Assembly (NCBI GenBank): GCA_000934665.2
Contig: KZ537984.1
Location: 304,890-324,889, forward strand
Origin: Catajapyx aquilonaris
Lineage: Eukaryota
DNA length: 20,000 nucleotides
Direction of reading: 5' to 3'
Part shown: positions 17,695-20,000 of the stretch, piece by piece
How positions within the stretch are numbered: position 1 is the stretch's first letter
How the letters are laid out: every line of letters begins with the position of its first letter
Notes under the pieces: model-generated
What the model was told of the DNA's origin: nothing
The model's input: the letters and a program-made list of their open reading frames with translations, nothing else
Databases searched by the model: none
Made by a program: the position numbers and the translations under genes

Positions 17695-19907
17695 TTTAAG
17701 CTGTATGATAGCAGTCCCAAAAAACATTGCAATGATTCGCATCAATTTGGGAAAAAGGAGTTCAATAATACGGTTTATAAAATAACGCACGACTGATGTT
17801 TAATGCAAGTGGCTTGGTCAAAATTTGGAGGGCATTTCACTGAATATGCAAAATTTGATTCAATTACAGTACAGTACTCCCAGACGTTCAGGCCTACCAA
17901 AGCAGTAATGAAAGCATTAAATTCCATTAAAACACAGCACACAATGTCGACTCAATTGAAAAGACCGCAAAGCTTGCGACAAAGGATTGTTCCAACCAAT
18001 AATAATTAATAAAAGCCTTAGGAACACTGCACATTCTGTACAGTATAAGCATCCATAGCAACAATGCTTTTGATGCTTATTACGTAAGAAAAAAACGAGC
18101 TAGTCAATATTTACCCGATGGAATTGCTTTTAGACAAAATTAGCAGAGTATGGGAGTATTCACCTGCAGCGCTGCAACTCTCTTCTGCACAAACAAAATG
18201 CAGTTGGAGCAAGAAAAAAAAAGGTTTACTATTCATTACCGTTAGAGGCAGGGCGCATGTAAAGTTTGTTTATGAATCCCCTGCAGTTGGGGCAACAGCT
18301 GGAAGCATTTTTTTTTGTTCCTCTGGTTCCCTATCATGTGGATGTATGCGCATACATGCCCTGGTTGGGAGCCCAAACAGGTGCAGCTAGTGACATTTGT
18401 TTTTAAAAATGGATTAAGGTTTTGTTGTTCCACCTGCGGATACACCCTGTATGCACCGTCTCTGGAGGAAATGAAACCCCCGGTTCTTTTTTTTCGCAAA
18501 AAAAAAAAAAATTCTGCAGGATAGTTGAAGCTACCCGATGCGAAAGTAATGTTGTGATTGCCGAAATGCGTTGTTACATGCTGGGCGTCATTTCGAGCAC
18601 CGAATTTTCCAGTATGGGATGGGTGGGGGGGCTTTTGAGAGGAGGTGGAATTTCTGTGACCCACATTTGGCCAATCCCACCACAGCATCCCCCAACCCGC
18701 AGCTCGCATCCCGATTATCGAATTTTGCGCGGCAGCTGCTCCGAATATGTGCACCGTTTAGCAGGTTTATCTTATGCCAGCAATATTAACCTATTTTTTT
18801 ATAAATATTCCTAGTTTCTACTTTCCCAGTGAGTATCGGTGTGGAAATGACCTGAGGGTACCGCCCGTTATCTCCAGCTTATTCCAACTTTGCCAATTTT
18901 GCGCGAACTGTTAGGTGTTTATATTTTGGAACCGGACTTTCCTGGACCTGTGTCAACTGATGCGTTTGTCCTCGATGGGCGTGAATTTTTTTTTTTCAAG
19001 TAATAAATTTTTCTGCGAACCTTGGTTTGGCAAGGAGATCTGGCCGAAACTGGCCAACTGTAAGTGACAGGAGGATGCGGATTCGAAAAAAAAGGGGCAA
19101 GAGGAGGAGACAAACCCCACCCTGGAAATTGGTGTAACGAAGCCAAGCCGCAGATGGGATTTGTGATGGTCTAGCGCAGAACGGAGGCATTACCGAGGTA
19201 GAATTAACTTCAGGCCGAAGCACGCAGGCTGTGCTTTGTGGGCTTTGGTTAGGGTCACTCTTTTTTTTTGATCCGGATCCCTAGGAAAATCCTGCTTCAA
19301 TTTACTCTGGAAAGGTCCTCTTGCAGATTAGCGTGCTATTTTAGTTATGTTTTCTGTTAGGAAATGTGTCCCTAGAAGCCTTTCATTTATTTACTGGACT
19401 GGTGAATGCTTCAGCCAAGAATCTGCCAGCATTTTAGGGGAGGATAGTGGGATTCCAGCTAGGCGAGGGTAAAGCCTGATATTGATTTCATTGGTTTTCT
19501 ATACCCTAAGTCAGGTCAATAAGGAAGAGAGCGAGAGGGCTCTTCTTTTCTCTCCCATGTACGACAGCATACGACTTTGGGGGGATAAAAGTTGTATACC
19601 ACAATTGATTATGTTAATTGGAGCTGCACTCTGCCCCAGTTCGCGACAGGCATCGAATTATTCATCAATCTTTGTGCCTTCCAAGGGAATATTTATTACG
19701 GTGGAAACATGTAAGGACTTTTTTTTTCTTCATTGAAAGGTAGTCCGCACGAAAACATGTAGGTTTACTCTAGACCGGAAGGTGCTATTCATTATTTATG
19801 TAGGCCTACTGGATCAAATCGTAATTGCTTTCAAAACACTATGTAGCCTCCGAAAAATACGGCTTGAGGAAAACAACCGTGGTCTATATGCGAAAATTCG
19901 GGTATTA

Positions 19908-20000
19908 GGGGGCACGGCAGTGCCCCCGCCAAGTTCTCGCCGCACTGCCGGACCACCTTTACCCGACACAACTCACGTCATTTTGACCCCCTCGAATCTT
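19908..20000 (-). mobile_element. Probable terminus of a Helentron/HINE-like interspersed repeat, likely continuing past the window edge
   Basis: Perfect 8-bp GC hairpin GGGGGCAC-GGCA-GTGCCCCC (19908-19927) overlapping CCCGCCAAG. I recall this motif as the end of arthropod interspersed repeats; the Helentron assignment is inferred from the hairpin plus sub-terminal-repeat layout. Confidence 0.45.

Noticed and set aside
2420..18451. TACAGGGTGT at 2420 and ACACCCTGTA at 18442 as ends of one 16-kb transposon
   Set aside because: The 2420 end already has a local partner, and no transposase ORF lies between them.
18242..18814. Overlapping 170-aa and 130-aa ORFs
   Set aside because: They overlap on opposite strands, contain homopolymer-derived FFFF/KKKK runs, and show no protein-like features.
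307..19736. Remaining 60-120 aa ORFs in the supplied track
   Set aside because: Lengths are typical of random ORFs, many have non-ATG starts, and none shows recognisable homology or operon-like arrangement.

Overview
The window looks like non-coding eukaryotic DNA: roughly 40-45% GC by eye, no obvious CpG depletion, many homopolymer runs and microsatellites, and a small assembly gap. It is probably from an invertebrate animal (arthropod-like; this is inference). None of the supplied ORFs resembles a protein family I recognise, and I see no tRNA, rRNA, CRISPR array or prokaryotic gene organisation. The best interpretation is part of a very long intron region of a + strand gene. The strongest gene signal is a textbook 3' splice site (TACTAAC branch point 8149-8155, AG 8179-8180) opening a short exon that reads RIIMSRLPESGLQWMYLL* (or the small ORF MSRLPESGLQWMYLL*). 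It is preceded by a (GGGGA)n G-quadruplex motif that can also pair with an upstream pyrimidine tract, enclosing a possible 62-nt exon. Other signals are candidate recursive splice sites (707/708, weaker 10197/10198), a 49-bp Tc1/mariner-type remnant (2420-2468), a Helentron-like terminal hairpin (19908-19933), and densely base-paired + strand segments (12624-13176, 13630-13908) that are candidate structured RNAs. I found no convincing novel multi-gene system. All pairings were found by eye and need folding and conservation tests.
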